Shown here: piece by piece, positions 26,270 through 39,700 of the stretch
Layout of the letters: each line of letters opens with the position of its first letter
Position numbering within the stretch: the stretch's first letter is position 1
Assembly (NCBI GenBank): GCA_963514005.1
Contig: OY740805.1
Location: forward strand, 19,096,001 to 19,160,000
Length of the DNA: 64,000 nt
Reading direction: 5' to 3'
DNA from: Raja brachyura
Lineage: Eukaryota
Notes under the pieces: model-generated
Seen by the model: the letters and a program-made list of their open reading frames with translations, nothing else
Databases searched by the model: none
What the model was told of the DNA's origin: nothing
Program-made: the position numbers and the translations under genes

Positions 26270-26680
26270 GCTGTGTATGAAGAAAGAACCCGTCCCGAAA
26301 TATAATATATCTATTGTCCACAGGGATGCTGCCCGACCCGCTGAATTTCTCCACCACATTGTGGCTTTTTATGATAACCCGGCATCCACAGGCACTCGTG
26401 TTAAATTCTGTCGCTCAGCTGAAAAGGCGGTCGGTGTGCAATTGTCGGTAGACCAAAATCCTGGAGAAACTCAGCGAGTGAGGCAGCGTCTATGGAACGA
26501 AGGAAATAAGCAATGTTTCGGGACGAAACCCTTCTTCAGACTCAGTTTTGTGCTTGTGTGTTAACTACAAACCTTAAACATAGAAATTGAAGAAGGGTTC
26601 CGACACGAAGCGTCACCCATCTTATTTCTCCAGATCTGCTATCTGACCCCCTATGTGACACACATTCTATCTCTATCTTC
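26270..26680. mobile_element. Cluster of Penelope termini (+,-,+) with hammerhead motifs
   Basis: Best copy is on - at 26539-26511: CTGAAGA-A-GGG TTTCGT CCC-GAAAC-ATT. Degenerate + copies lie at ~26278 and ~26588. Confidence 0.65.
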
Positions 26681-27255
26681 TACAGCAATTATGAGGATAG
26701 TTTCCTCGCCTGCCCCTGTCTATTGTCTGTTGTCTATTGCTATAATAGATATAAACTTGTTCATGGTTTAGGAAGTAGTTTTATATCTAATCTAGCAAGA
26801 TAATTATGTTCATCATTGCTAGGTCCTGCAAACAAAGCACTGCAGTGCCATAATTGTGCAATGAGCGCCTTATCTGCCAGTAGATTATTCACCCGCAGAC
26901 TTTCCCTTGCGTTCCTGTCTTCCGATGCTTTGTAGTTTTCGCATGTTCTCCCTGACTGGTGTCGATTTCTCTTGGGGACTCTCCACCCCCCCCCCCCCCC
27001 CCCCCCCCTCCCTCACGTCCCAACGACATAACTGTTTGGCAGACTTACTCACCTCTATGAGACGGCAATGATGTAGGTGGGCTTTTTGAGAATTAACGGG
27101 CATTTAAGAGCCACGGAAGGGAACACATTGCATTGCCATGCTCAGGCGGAAGGGACTGCAGGGATTAACGTGACAGTCGCAATATGTCCAATGTTCTGAT
27201 TAGTATCTCGGATCGTAAGAGACAATAATATAACTAGGTGGACAACGACGAGACA

Positions 27256-28166
27256 TTAAAAGCACTTTATTAAATTGGAAATCAAAACGAATGGGCCTTT
27301 AATCACGATTTTAAATTCCTCCCTGAATTTTTTCTGGGACACCCCATAAATAAACGTGTTGGTACAAGCACTCAAACACCTCAGCATATATCCGGACTGT
27401 TCTGCAATGGTGAATGGGTCGTTGTAATCTGTTGCTAAAAGTTGAACGTCTAAGAAGTATACACTCATGAAACACACAAAATTTACCAACCACAGAAGAA
27501 CGAAGCTACCAGATATGGCCAGCAATAGAATGACTGACTTCCTTCGGTTCTCTACTTCTTGATCTGCGCCGCTCTCGTCCTTCGTTTTCCCTCGAAGACC
27601 GCTCCGCACTCTGTTGGCGTGTATAATGTGTCTGATTGTCAGGACGTTGAGGAACATGATCAACAATATGGGTATAAATGGGGTTAAAATGGTTTCGACC
27701 GACCAAAATACTGCCCATACCGGTAATATGTAGAAATTGGAAGTTATACCACAGAACCAGGCTACGTTGTCAATTATTGCTCGAGGCACGTAGGCAAAAT
27801 ATAGTGGGATATTTTGAATAATACTTAAGATGCACGTCACTGCTATCACCAAAGCCGCAGTTTTCTCAGTGCAATATTTTACTCGTAACTTCTGATGACA
27901 AATAGTGATATATCGATCGAGGGTGAAAGTCACTGTTAGCCAGACAGAGCAATCAATGGAAATAAAATTAAATAGCAGATTCACTCTACAAATGGGAGTT
28001 AGATTCAGGAATGAATGCGGAAAATAGCTATCTTTCATCTCGTAGAAAATGACCTCGATGATCAGAACCATTAAATCAGCTACGGCCATGGATACCAGAT
28101 AACGTGTGATACATTTAGAGAGACCACACTTCCCCCGGGAGAGTATAATGATTGCCAGCAGATTAG
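27256..28166 (-). CDS. gpr139-like: GPR139-like class A GPCR, gene A, exon 2 (intact; full protein 326 aa)
   Basis: Acceptor TTTTCTGCAG|CT. Reads (A)NLLAIIILSRGKCGLSKCITRYLVSMAVADL; SVWLTVTFTLDRY; ENRRKSVILL; TM7 CTNTFIY; helix 8 QKKFREEF; TAA. 70+911 nt = 327 codons. Confidence 0.95.
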
Positions 28167-28994
28167 CTGCAGAAAAGACAAAATTAGAATGACCAACATT
28201 CGTTTTTCCATGAGTAAGTTAATTTGACATTTCTTCGAACGAAACCGCAGATTATTTCACTGTGTACCCTGTCTGAATTCCTCGTGTATTCCACACAGCT
28301 CTATTTCAGAAAATAAAATGTTTAGAGATGCAATTCGCCATCTCGCACGGAACAGAATCCTGCGCCAATGACACGGCTGGATTGAAACACTCACTGCGTC
28401 TTGAGCACAGATTGTTCAAAAAGGGTTTGACGGGAAGCTCAATTAAACTTAGATCAATTAGACTCCATTCGCTTTACCGGAGAGGTATGTGGAACGTATA
28501 TATTAGCGGCTGGTTTGCTTTTCGCAAACCAGTGCCAGACCTTTGGCAGGCAGAAGGAAGCATCATCTTTAAAACAAATAGCGTTATGTGATTATTCCCG
28601 TTCAAAATGTATTGGATAGAGATGTAATTCGAATCCAGATGTGCTACATAGATATCTGCGGTAAGCTACGTGAGCAGCCTTAAAAATATCAGTTGCAGTT
28701 TGTTTTGGCGAAGCGCATCTGAATACAGCTATTGCGTCCAATATTAACCTTAGATTCCAACTGAGCATGGTTCGTAATGCGATAGGGTTTTAACTCCCTT
28801 TTCTGCAGTGAAAACGGACAAAAGTGGCACATGTGCTTGATAGCTCTGGGGACCCTGGTTCGATACCGGCCACTGGCATGCTCTTGTCTGCCTGGAGTTC
28901 CCCCAATGACCGCCTGGGCTACCCCTGGGCGATTCATTAATACAGCAAACAAACTGGAGTTTCTGCCCAAACCGTCGTCGCGCAGCATCCTTTC

Positions 28995-29200
28995 GCACTT
29001 GTTCTATGTTACAGCACACTCAACTCAACTCCCTAGACACAAGGGACAATTTACAGAGGGGAAGTAACTTACAAACCCACAGGAGAGCTCCGGGTATAAC
29101 TGACGCTTCCGCGGAGAGAGCTGTCCACCTCAAACAGACCGCTCTTGAGGGTCAGGGTCAAACCCGGGTCTCTGCTGCTGTAGAATAGTATGTCCACCAG
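28995..29200 (-). mobile_element. V-SINE/HE1-type SINE
   Basis: Reverse-strand B-box CGGGTTTGACCC and ...CTCTGTAAATTGTCCC 3' domain. Confidence 0.65.
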
Positions 29201-29784
29201 GTGCACTGTGCGGCGTGGTGCTCCAGATTCCCGTTACGTGCGAAATTCTTGAGTTTGGTAAATTACTTGCCCCCGCTAGTGGTCCCTGATGTATTATTTT
29301 CTGGAAAGGGTTGCGGGAAATTTGCAAAGTCCGTGTCAAATGTAAAGCGGGTAAATCAAATTACGTTTTGGAGTGACATAGACAAGATGGAATAGCCGCC
29401 ATCTACATGGTAGGACCAACTTTCGCCTTAGTGGCTGTCAGTTCCTTTCAATTAGCTGATGTAGAATAAATACAATCCTGGTTTTCTTGAATTCGTTACT
29501 GGCGACCAGCCTAGATGAGCGCACCAGCAGATGAGCTGCGGCAGAAGCTCCTTTGTTTCTCCTCGGGAGAAAACATTTTAAGATCAGTGTCTTTTCTTGC
29601 TTTTTTTTATGCTGTCTCCGCTACGCAAATAGTGTGTAAACAAAGCTAATATAACCGCACTAACGCATGACTACATTCGCCTTTGCATCATCGGACTCAC
29701 CAGCAAATTATTGAGAATCGTCAGATTAATTAGTCTTCCTTAAGAACATGGCGAAAGCCATTTCCAGTCAAAGGCATAACATAA

Positions 29785-30060
29785 AGCTGAGGCCACCACC
29801 ATTCAATAATCCGCTGTACCGTCTTCTGACCGCCTGGGCTTCCGAGGGGTTCGTTTTCGTCTCACATGCCAAAGAAATGTGGGTGTGTAGTTTAATTGGG
29901 CTCTGTAGAATTGCCCCAAGAGTTGGAGGGGTTCAATGAGAAAGTGGAATAACATAGAACTCGTGTGAACGGGTGGACAGTGTGGACTCCATCGATAAAG
30001 AGGTACACCACAGCAACATGCATTTCGGCTTACAATCTCTATACTGAACGTCAAGACAAT
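29785..30060 (+). mobile_element. V-SINE/HE1-type SINE (old)
   Basis: CCAAAGA...TTAATTGGGCTCTGTAGAATTGCCCC central domain. Confidence 0.55.
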
Positions 30061-30275
30061 TTAAACTAATTCTACATTTAGGTGTCGTCCACACCCTGCT
30101 TCCCCCGTCTTTCTAAATGCCATTGAATATATCGACAATAGATTGTAATGTGTAAATTAATTTTCGATGTCACTAATTGGCATCAGAACATCAAGCAACA
30201 AGTAATCGCACACATATGTTTTAACAGTAAAGGCTAGGCGGCGTAAACATCGGCAGAAAATACCAGCGAGCTCAC

Positions 30276-30345
30276 CAGGAACACCAATGATCGCAAGAAT
30301 TGGATAGTAAATATTTTCGACCTGGATGAGTACCGGCAATTCCAT
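30276..30345 (-). CDS. gpr139-like: GPR139-like GPCR gene A, exon 1 (MELPVLIQVENIYYPILAIIGVP)
   Basis: Kozak CCGACCATGG; 70 nt; phase-1 donor G|GTGAG; joins exon 2 in frame as GVP-ANL. Confidence 0.93.
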
Positions 30346-30393
30346 GGTCGGAGTGAAGCGAGCTCTCCTGCCGCTGGTATGAAATGCCGTTTG

Positions 30394-30401
30394 CTTTTAA
30401 A
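30394..30401 (-). promoter_or_regulatory. TATA-like element (TTTAAAAG) of gene A
   Basis: Lies ~50 bp upstream of the ATG, similar to the TATA position in gene B. Confidence 0.35.
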
Positions 30402-30714
30402 GGTAGCTACGGATTCTCCAGAGAAAACATATGACGAGAAATCAAGGGAAAATACATGGGATTAGTGCCAGTCACTTGAACAAACAAAGTTTGTCAGATC
30501 ATGGGGCTACTGAAAATTAGGGAACTGCGCAATAACTACCACCAAAGTCGATTATATAAAATATATGTTGCAATATTTCATTGTACAAAACAGAGAGAAA
30601 TATGTCAGAAAATATGTTGCATCTACGTTTCCTGAAGAAATGAGATGTTATATTTTCCGTGCATATATATGTGCCTATCTGAAAGCCACTTAAACGACAC
30701 ACTCAAATCTACTT

Positions 30715-32035
30715 TCTCCACAAGGCGCCGAGCGCACACTGTGTAAAATATGTGGACCGCCTATCACCTTTAAATGTTGACCTTCTCACGTTAAATATCT
30801 GCCGCCTAGACGTGGGATAAAACATACTGTCTTTCCCATCTACTCGTATCATAATTTTACAGATTTTACCTGGTTTTCCTTCAACCTTCGGCGTTCTAGA
30901 GAAAGCAATCAAAGCTTTTGTGTCGAGCTAAAACGCCCCATTCCATGCAATATTCTGCAAAGCATCCCAGTCTTACTTGCTCTAAGGGTACAATCAGATC
31001 TGCACTCAGTACTCTAAACACGTCCAACATAAAGTGTTATAGGGATGTATCATGACTTAGTACCCAATATCCTAAAAACATGTCCAATGAAAGCAACAGA
31101 ACTAGATGCCCCATGTACCACTATATCGACTTGTGTCGCGACTTACAGCGAGCTCTAGATGTTGAGCCCAATACCTAGTGTCTATGGTCTCTAATATCCT
31201 TAACTGCGCATTAGCGCTGTTAAGTGTATTATAGAAAATAAACAATGCACAATAGATGCAGGGGTAGGTCATTCGGCCATTCAAATCAGCACCATAATTC
31301 AATATGACCATGGTTGATGATCCACAATCAGTACCCCGATGCTGCCATCTCGCCATATCCCCTGACTCCGCCATCTATAAGGGCTGTATCTAACTCTCTT
31401 GAAAGCTTCCATACAATTGGCCTCCGCTGCCTTCTGAGGCCGAGAATTCCATGGATTCTCAACCCTTTGTGCGAAAAAATATTTCCTCATCACCGTTCAA
31501 AATGGCTTACCCCTTACTTTTAAACTTTGCCCCCTGGTTCTGGACTCCCTCAACATCGGGAACATGTTTCCTGCCTCTAGCGTGTCCAAACCCTTAATAA
31601 TCTTATATTTTTCAATAAGATCACCTCTCATCCTAAATGACAGAGTATACAATCCCAGCCGCTCCATTCTATCAAACTATGACAGTCCCGTCAACCCGGG
31701 AATTAACCTCGTGAACCTACGTTGTACTCCCGTAATCGCAAGAATGTCCTTCCTCAAATTTGGAGACCAAAACTGCACACAGTACTCCAGGTGTGGTCTC
31801 CCCAGGGCCCTGTACAACTGCAGAAGGACCTCTTTGCTTCCATACTCAACTCCTCTTGTTATGAAGGCCAACATGCCATTAGCTTTCTTCACTGTCTGCT
31901 GTATCTGCATGCATACTTACAGTGACTGACGAACAAGGACCCCCGATATCTCGTTGTACTTACCGTTTTTCAACTTGACACCATTCAGATAATAATCTGC
32001 CTTCCTGCTTTCGCCATGAAAGTGGTGAACCTCAC
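30715..32035 (-). mobile_element. CR1 LINE fragments (old 30715-31200; younger 31245-32035)
   Basis: ORFs 31677-31910 and 31299-31493 encode the CR1 ORF2 C-terminus. Confidence 0.9.
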
Positions 32036-32039
32036 ACCA

Positions 32040-33960
32040 AAATGGATAACCTTGCCGTCAACCTTATAAATGTCCTTAACATTAGCATCTCAAAGTGCAC
32101 CAACTCACTATTGTTGTGATGACAACCTATCTACCATTTCTACGTTCATTCTGCAGCTGTCCGATATCTCATTGTGTAGTTTGACACCCTACAACATTGT
32201 CCGCATGCCCAGTAATCTTTGTTTTGACTGCAAGCCTACAAGCCTACAAGCAACCCATCTACATCGATATATATGTGAATGACTGCAATACGTAGTTATT
32301 GATTTCGGGAAATGCATGTAATTTCATCTTGAACGGTGCAGCATGGAAATCGTTGAGAGCCTCCGTTCTCTCAGCGGTAATTTTACCACTGCTCTGTCAG
32401 TGAGTTGTAGATGTAGCCGGGCCGTCATACAACCCAGACTTCCCCCCATTAGACTTCATAAACATTTCACGCTCCTTCCGAAAATAAGGCAGTGTAAGGA
32501 AACATTTGTCCCACGACTGCCGTTCCTTCCTCAGCTATCGGGCAGAAGCCAGGGAACCTAAGTGTGGCGAGCCATATATCCGTGAATAGTAAATAATTGG
32601 AGGTGATTTTGATAGTCAGGATCTGCATATATTTGCAATGGAAATGGCTGTAATGGTGATACTTCCCCGTCAATTTCGCTTAACGATTGAATATAAACCA
32701 TCTGTTGAAAGATATGTTTATACCTAAGTGAATTTGCTTAAATCAAGAAATGAAATGCACACTGGCACACAAAGCAAAAGAGAATGTAGCAGAGTAAAAC
32801 ATCCTGGTGTTTGATCTTAGCAGAGCAGGTAGCACCTGTGGAGGGAAACAGACAGTCAAATTCAAGGACAGAGCAGTAGAGGGTAGACTATGTAAAGAGG
32901 GTGAGGGAGCGTGGGTGAGACAATATCTTGCTAGAGACAAATGGTTAAAGGTTATGAGTGGTGGAGTGGTGGTTGTGCTGTAACCTGGGGAATCTGATGG
33001 AAAATAAAAGTGTTTTATCTTGGTAAATATGAGAGGAGAGGAGGTCACATGGGAACCATAGAGGGGTTGGACTCGATTCGAGGCTTACTGGGTGATGTGC
33101 ATAAGGAATTATTTGCAAACACGTAGAATGGGAAGGGGCATGGGGAGCGGGCTTCCGGAAATTGGAGAATTCAGAGGTCATACCGTCCGGCTGTAGAATG
33201 ACATCCGGAATAGAAATGGTCGTTCCAGCATTTTGCGATTGATCTCACCAAGCAGTGAAGGAAGACAAAGTGAAACAGCTCGATCTGCGAATCGTGGGGT
33301 AAATTGAATTGTCTAGCAATCGGGAATTCCAGATTAACGTGTAGGATAGAACAGAGGTCGTCGGCAAAGCAGCCCCTTAGCCTGCCTTTCGACACTTAGA
33401 GAGAAGTGAATACTATATCATACACAAAGTCTAGAGAAGGAACATGTGAATCTCTGGGTCATCTGGAAGGGCTCCTTCAATCCCTGGATGGTGGTGAACT
33501 TAGAGGTGTTGCTTCGATTACAGGTGAAAGTTCCCGTGCAAAGTGGGGGGGGGGGGGGTGGGGGGTGGGGGGTGATTGATATCACAGGTGATGAGATCCG
33601 TTGATGCTGATGGAAAAGTCCAGGAATTATGTGTTGCATGCGATGGTTGGCTGGGTGAAATAATGGGACATTGGGGACTATCTTTGTTCCGACTGTTGTA
33701 ACGGGGCTGTTCAAGTAGATGTTAAAAGATTGGTTCCGGGCCGGAACAGGTTAGCGTCACGTTATTAGCGGGCATTATCAATGGTGCAACGGTGTGCGGA
33801 AATAAAGCAATATTGTTCAGGATGATTGGGTGGGAGATGGAAAGATATTGGTGAATTACAATTTTCGATTTTGTAGAGAAGAAACCACTTTAACGAACAT
33901 TATGGGATATAAATCTTGATAATTACAGAAATAAAACGAACGTTATGGAAGGAATATTAA
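32040..33960 (+). pseudogene. Decayed LRR + 7TM (LGR-like) fossil, divergent from gene A, split by Penelope
   Basis: DDNLSTISTFILQLSDISLCSLTPYNIVRMPSNLCF (ORF 32070-32282); ILIVRICIY (~32605-32632); DWFRAGTG*RHVISG (33728-33772) followed by MERYW (33837-33851). A possible LRRNT lies at ~30625-30680. Confidence 0.45.
32770..33715 (-). mobile_element. Old Penelope-like element 3' region
   Basis: Reverse strand reads TIQGLKEPFQMTQRFTCS (linker before GIY-YIG), followed by a decayed terminal repeat. Confidence 0.6.
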
Positions 33961-33964
33961 TTTA

Positions 33965-34905
33965 CATTAGTCTTGGGTGATTTCAAGGTTCAAGTAGAAA
34001 TCAGTTTGGTAGCTGTGCTAAAGAGAAGTAATTTGTAGTATGGCTTTGAGATGGCTTCAGAAAGCAGCCTGTGATTGATCCCACTCGAGAAAAGGCAATT
34101 ATTGATGCGGTGTTGTGCGTTGAATCAGACTTGTTTGGGAAACTTACGAGGAGTTGGCTAAAGTTGAATAGAAGGGGACGTAGCAGGACGCACGGTGAAT
34201 CAACGATAGCAGGGTGTTCTGTGAAAAATCCAGAAGGCACAGGATGATTTCATCCCAAAGAGGAATAAGCATTTGAAAGGGAGAATGAGGCCTCTGTCGC
34301 TGACAAAGGGTGTCAAAGACAACAGAAAAAAAAGACTAATGGGAAGCTGGAGGATTGGGACGTTTTTAGAAACCATCAAAAGCAATTAAGAAACAATACG
34401 TGGAAATAGGGAATATAAGCGTCGGTTAGTTTTTAAATGGGTAGATAATTTACATATAGGAGGTGCAATTGTGCTGATGCAGGTTGAGTCCCGATAAGGA
34501 AGGCAAGTGCACTGTTAGCGTTGATCTCGCCGGGACGATAATATAAAAGCAAGGATGTACTTGAGGCTTCCTAGATGGAGTGGCAATATGTTGCCAATGA
34601 CTGGTGTAGAACTACGAGGTACAACCCCGGAATGAAATGATTTACCTTAAAAATGGGCAGGATATTTTTTTAGCCACAGGTGTTTAGTCTATGAAATTCA
34701 TTGTCACAGACAGCTGGGCAAGCCAAATTATTGGGTATGTTTAAGGTGGAGATGAATTGTTCATGATTAGGAAAGGCGGCGCACGTTATGGAGAGAAGGC
34801 AGGAAAGTTGGCTTGAGAGGGAAACATAGATCAGCCATGATGAACGGAGGAATGGACTCGATTGGCTGAATGACCTAATTTGGCTACGATGTCTCATGGG
34901 TCTTA
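33965..34905 (+). mobile_element. Old CR1 LINE fragments
   Basis: EN remnant (PTREKAIIDAVL) and 3' end (CAGCCATGAT...GGACTCGATTGGCTGAATGACCT). Confidence 0.75.
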
Positions 34906-35953
34906 TATAGTGTTCTGGCGTTCGGTGCTTGGGTCCCAATCAATGGCGATTATGAAGGGGTGGCAATAATTGCCGCCGAACTATCTTAAGTTAAATTTAT
35001 GTCCACTAGTCCAATATTCAGAATATTGGGAATCCATGTATGTTTCGCGCAATTGGAAAGAAGATTCCATGTTTGTAGATTCAGTTATATTAACATCAAC
35101 CCAGTGCGAAGATGCGACACAGAGTAAAGACGCATTTCCGTCCAGATAAGTTACTGGAAAACTGTTTCCTCCCCTATGTGCCGCCTATTTCCCCCACCAG
35201 CCCCACATAAGACATTCTAAGAAACATTAAAACATGCATTTGGATGCACTAAAAATAACAAAAAAGGATGAAAGGGTTAACGAGCTGCTGGCGTGGCAGC
35301 CAGTGCGGTGGCGCCACTAGATTTGTCGATCACTTGGTGCGAAGGTCTAATTGTACGCCTCTAAATAAACACATCTACATGCCAAAACGAACGGAAAGAT
35401 GCCTTTCAGAGAGTATATTTTCTTTACATGCATACGTGAAATGTTTTAAAATCCGATTTAAATTCATTAGTAAAAACAGGAACTGCTTGAGGAGAAGGTT
35501 TCGAGTAACACAAGAATGTCGATAAAACAGCTTGGTCCCACGCTTTTATTAATATCGGCTGTTAGCAGTACGAAATCCTCCCGTAAATATGTCGCAGTAT
35601 TAACTTCATCAAGATGCATAAAGCAAATCGGTCTCTCTTAAGACTGAGTACATATTCTGTACATCGAGTTAGGGGAACACATTTACAACTGCCCAGATGG
35701 GTACTCCAAGGTATTGATCCACAAGACGCTTGAGGATTATTACGATGATATCTCAGAAATCCGGAAGCTGGTAAAACGTTCATTGCAACAAGGGACGAGT
35801 TGCAAAAGCTTCATTTAGTAAATATTCTGATAGCTCTGAAAACATGTCATGGATAAATGTGCAATGAAACCCAGACTCACTAAAATATAAAAATGATTTA
35901 GCAACTATTCCTCAGATTAGCCGGCGTTATTAATGCACTCTTTCTATTTGCAG

Positions 35954-36709
35954 TGAACATGGTGACAATTGCCATCTTATCATATGGAAAATGCGGACTC
36001 TCCAGTTACATCACCCGATATCTCGTGTCGATGGCTGCAGCGAATCTAATGCACGTGTTAGTCAGCAGAATACTTTAACGGGGAACCGAGGCATATTTTT
36101 CACATTCATTTCTCAATTACACTCCCGTTTGCAGTCTTATTATGACTGATTTATGTTTCCATTGATTGTTCTGTCTGGATAACCGTGGCCTTTATCTGTG
36201 ATAGGTTTGTTGCAATTTGCTATCAATCGTTAAGAAGAAAATATTGCAAGGAAATAAATGCAACGAAAGTTATAACAGTCTTATCTTTGATATGCGTGTT
36301 GGAAAATATTCCAGTCTACTTCCTGTTTGAACCTCTAGAAAAAGTTGGCAATGTCGCATGGTTCTGCAAAGTAACGTCGAGCTTCTACATCTTACTTATT
36401 TGGGCTGTGGTTCCTGTGGTTGGAAACCATCTTAACCCCATTTCTACCATTTGTGTTGATCGTTGTGTTCAACATTCAAAGATCAAGCATATTATATTGG
36501 CTAACAGTGTTAGAAGAAATCTAAAGGGAAGCAACAGCGGCAGTCGGATCAAGAGATTGAAAACAGAAGAAAATCAATAATCTTACTGCTGGCAATATCT
36601 GGCAGTTTCATACTGTTATGGGTGGTCAATTTTCCGTGCTTCATCCCTCTGTATTTTACAGATAATCAATTAATGAAGGCAAAGGATAATGATGTTTTTA
36701 GTATTGCAG
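35954..36709 (+). pseudogene. GPR139-like exon 2 pseudogene (gene D), 3'-truncated
   Basis: Acceptor TTTGCAG|TG. Reads NMVTIAILSYGKCGLSSYITRYLVSMAAA; TAA at 36076-36078; several frameshifts; DRFVAICYQ, VAWFC. Breaks off before TM7 at a Gypsy junction; no exon 1 found. Confidence 0.93.
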
Positions 36710-39700
36710 TGCAGGAACACCGGCACGGAGAAGTGGCTTACCAACTTCTGGATGGCTGCATCAGATGTGACGGTTTGGAGCAGGCCAATATCGAACCTGC
36801 CCGAATACTAGTCGACGAGAACGAGATAGTGTTTTCTACGCCACTCGAATATGTTGAGAGCGACCGTGGACCACGGCAGAGGAGGAACCGGGTGCGAGAG
36901 CAAAAGTTGTTTCTGTTGGCGTGGCGCTAGGCTGTTGCAGATAGTGCAGACTTCGACTTTTTCGCTTATGTACTTGGTCATACCAGGCCAATAAAACACG
37001 CTCTGCGGTTGTTGTAGGGTTGTTTCCACACCGGGTTGGCCCCTGTGGACGGCAGTAAATACTTGTCCCGAAGAACGGCTGGGATGACTGCTTTGTGAAC
37101 CTTGACTATAATCCCATCCTGTTGTGCCAGTTCGTCACGAACTAGGTAGTATGGGTGATCGCAAGTGAGGTACTGTGTTATTTATCCGGCCAGCCATTTC
37201 GGATGACTGAAGACAGTAATTATAGAGTCTCATCAGCAGACGTGTGCTCTGCCAGGCTGCTTGGGCATTCAGTGGGAACAAACGACACCTTCAGTACTGA
37301 GAACTGGTCCTGTTCTGAGGGCTGGTGTTCGCAGGTTTTGCGTGGGGCTCTTGATAGCGTGTCAGCTATGTGCATTTCCTTGCCCTTATTGTGGACTATA
37401 GTAAATTCGAAACGCTGTAGCTGCTTCATGATCCGTTGCAGGCGAGCCGGAGCGGCGTGGATGGGTTTGTTTAGGACAGTGACCAGCGGCTGGTGGTCTG
37501 TTTCCATAGTCACAGATTTTCGAAAAATAATGTATTTGAATTTCGTGCAGGCGAAAACCACAGCAAGTAATTCCATTTCGATTTTGTCGTAACGTTGTTC
37601 CGTTTCAGTCAGGGTGCGGCAGGCCTGAGGTCGCCATCGGTGGAGGTTTGTTGGCAAACTGCGCCAAGTCCATAATGGGACTCATCACTTAAGTGACATT
37701 GGCAACTTCAAAGCAAAATATGCGAGAGTGGGAACGCTGGCCGACTGCAACTTAAGGATATCGAAGGCTCTTTCGTCCTGTGACTATCAGGACTAGACAG
37801 TGTATGTGTGTGTCAGTTCTCACAGGGGGCAGATATATCACTGAGGTTGGGATTGAATTTTCCCAGGTAGGTGAGCATTCCCATGAATCTCTGTAAACTC
37901 GTAACGTCAGTACGAACTGGCATCTCGTTGATGACCGTGGTCTTGGATAGGTTCATCACTGGGGAAAACATGGCCGACAGAGTTAACGTCTGTGACCCGA
38001 AATCTGCATTTTAGAGGGTTGAGCTGGCGACGAATGTGTATAGCACGGTCTAATACTTTTTATAAATGGGCATCATTTTCAGCCATGTTCTGCCCTGCAA
38101 CGAGAATGACATCGACAATGATGGGGCACGGATACCCCGCAAACAATTGTTCCATTTTGCACTGGAAAACGTCGTTGGCAGAGTTGATGCCGAAGGGCAT
38201 TCTCAGGAATTTGTAGCGGCCGAACATCGTGAGGTTGGATGAGTCAGGGTCCTGCCAAAACGAACTTTTAGCATCCAGGACATGAACGCAGATGCACTGC
38301 GACTGTGAGCAGCACATTCCTCGACCGTTCGCATCGGGTAGTGTGGGCGTTTGATCGCTGTGTTGAGGTCTCTGGGGTGGATGCAGATACGGATTTCCTC
38401 CTTGTTTTCCTTTGTTGCAACCACTATGGTGGAAACCCAGTGAGATGCGTCAGTACCGTGGCAATGACACCCAGGGAGACCATCCACTGGAGCTCATTTT
38501 GTACTCCGTCCCTCATGGCATGTGGAATGTGGTGTGGAGCTGTGATCAGAGGAGTGAATTTTGTATCAGTGGCGATATTTTACTTGATTGTACTTGACGA
38601 CGAGATTGGAAAGCTGCCCTGAAGAAAGCTAATGGAATGATAGCCTTCATAACAAGAGGATTTCAGTACAGGAGTAAAGAGGTTCTTCTGCAGTTGTATA
38701 TGGCTCTGGTGAGACCACATCCGCAGTATTGTGTACAGTTTTGGCCTCCTAATTTGAGGAAGGACATCCTTGTGATTGAGGCAGTGCAGCGTAAGTTCAC
38801 GCGATTGATCCCTGGGATGGCGGGACTGTCATATGAGGAACGGTTGAAAAGACTAGGCTTGTATTCACTGGAGTTTACAAGGGTGAGGGTGGATCATATA
38901 GAAACATATAAAATTATAAAAGGACTGGACAAGCGAGATGCAGGAAAAATGTTCCCAATGTTGGGTGAGTCCAGAACCAAGGTCCACTGTCTTAGAATAA
39001 GGGGAAGGTAATTTAAGACTGAGGTGAGAACAAACTTTTTTACCCGGAGAGTTGTGATTTTATGGAATTCCCTGCCACAGAGGGCAGTGGAGGCCAAGTC
39101 TCTGGATGGATTTAACAGCGAGTTGGATAGAGCTCTTGGGACTAGTGGAGTCAAGGGTTATGGGGAGAAGGCAGGCACGGTTTATTGAGAGCGGACGATC
39201 AGCCATGATCACAATGAATGGCGGTGCTGGCTCGAAGGGCCGAATGGCCTCCTCCTGCACCTATTTACTATGTTTCTATGGTCCGAGCTCCACGCCACAT
39301 TCCACAAGCCATGAACCACTGTATTCTGAGTATGTGTTGAGTAGAGCCCTCAGAGTGAGCGATTTGATGGACGGCAGGCCCAAACGCGAACAGGCCTTGA
39401 CACTGGCATGCATTGGTGGCAGAATCCCCACATAAAATGAAAACTTCAGTTTGTGAGCCTGTGATTCCACGATGCAGTTTAATTCCGTTTCTCCAAGCGA
39501 GTGCAATACTTCACCCCCATAGGCTCGTAGCGTGGCCGTAGTGTTTTCAAAATGTTCAGTAATACGTATCTGTTTAAATCCACGGAGCGAGAACGGGAAC
39601 ATTTCATGAAGTGATTAATTGTTTGCAGTAGTGGCAAATTTATCTGTAGGCGGCACATAATTGTCGACCTGGAACGTGTGAGTTGTACTGTTGGCACAGC

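Larger units (their letters stand above)
28200..30200 (-). pseudogene. Decayed LRR-coding fossil inside the intron of gene A (same strand)
   Basis: YVAHLDSNYISIQYILNG (~28650-28597), SLIDLSLIELPVKPFLNNL (~28464-28408), FLRRLINLTILNNLLVS (~29746-29696). Confidence 0.4.
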
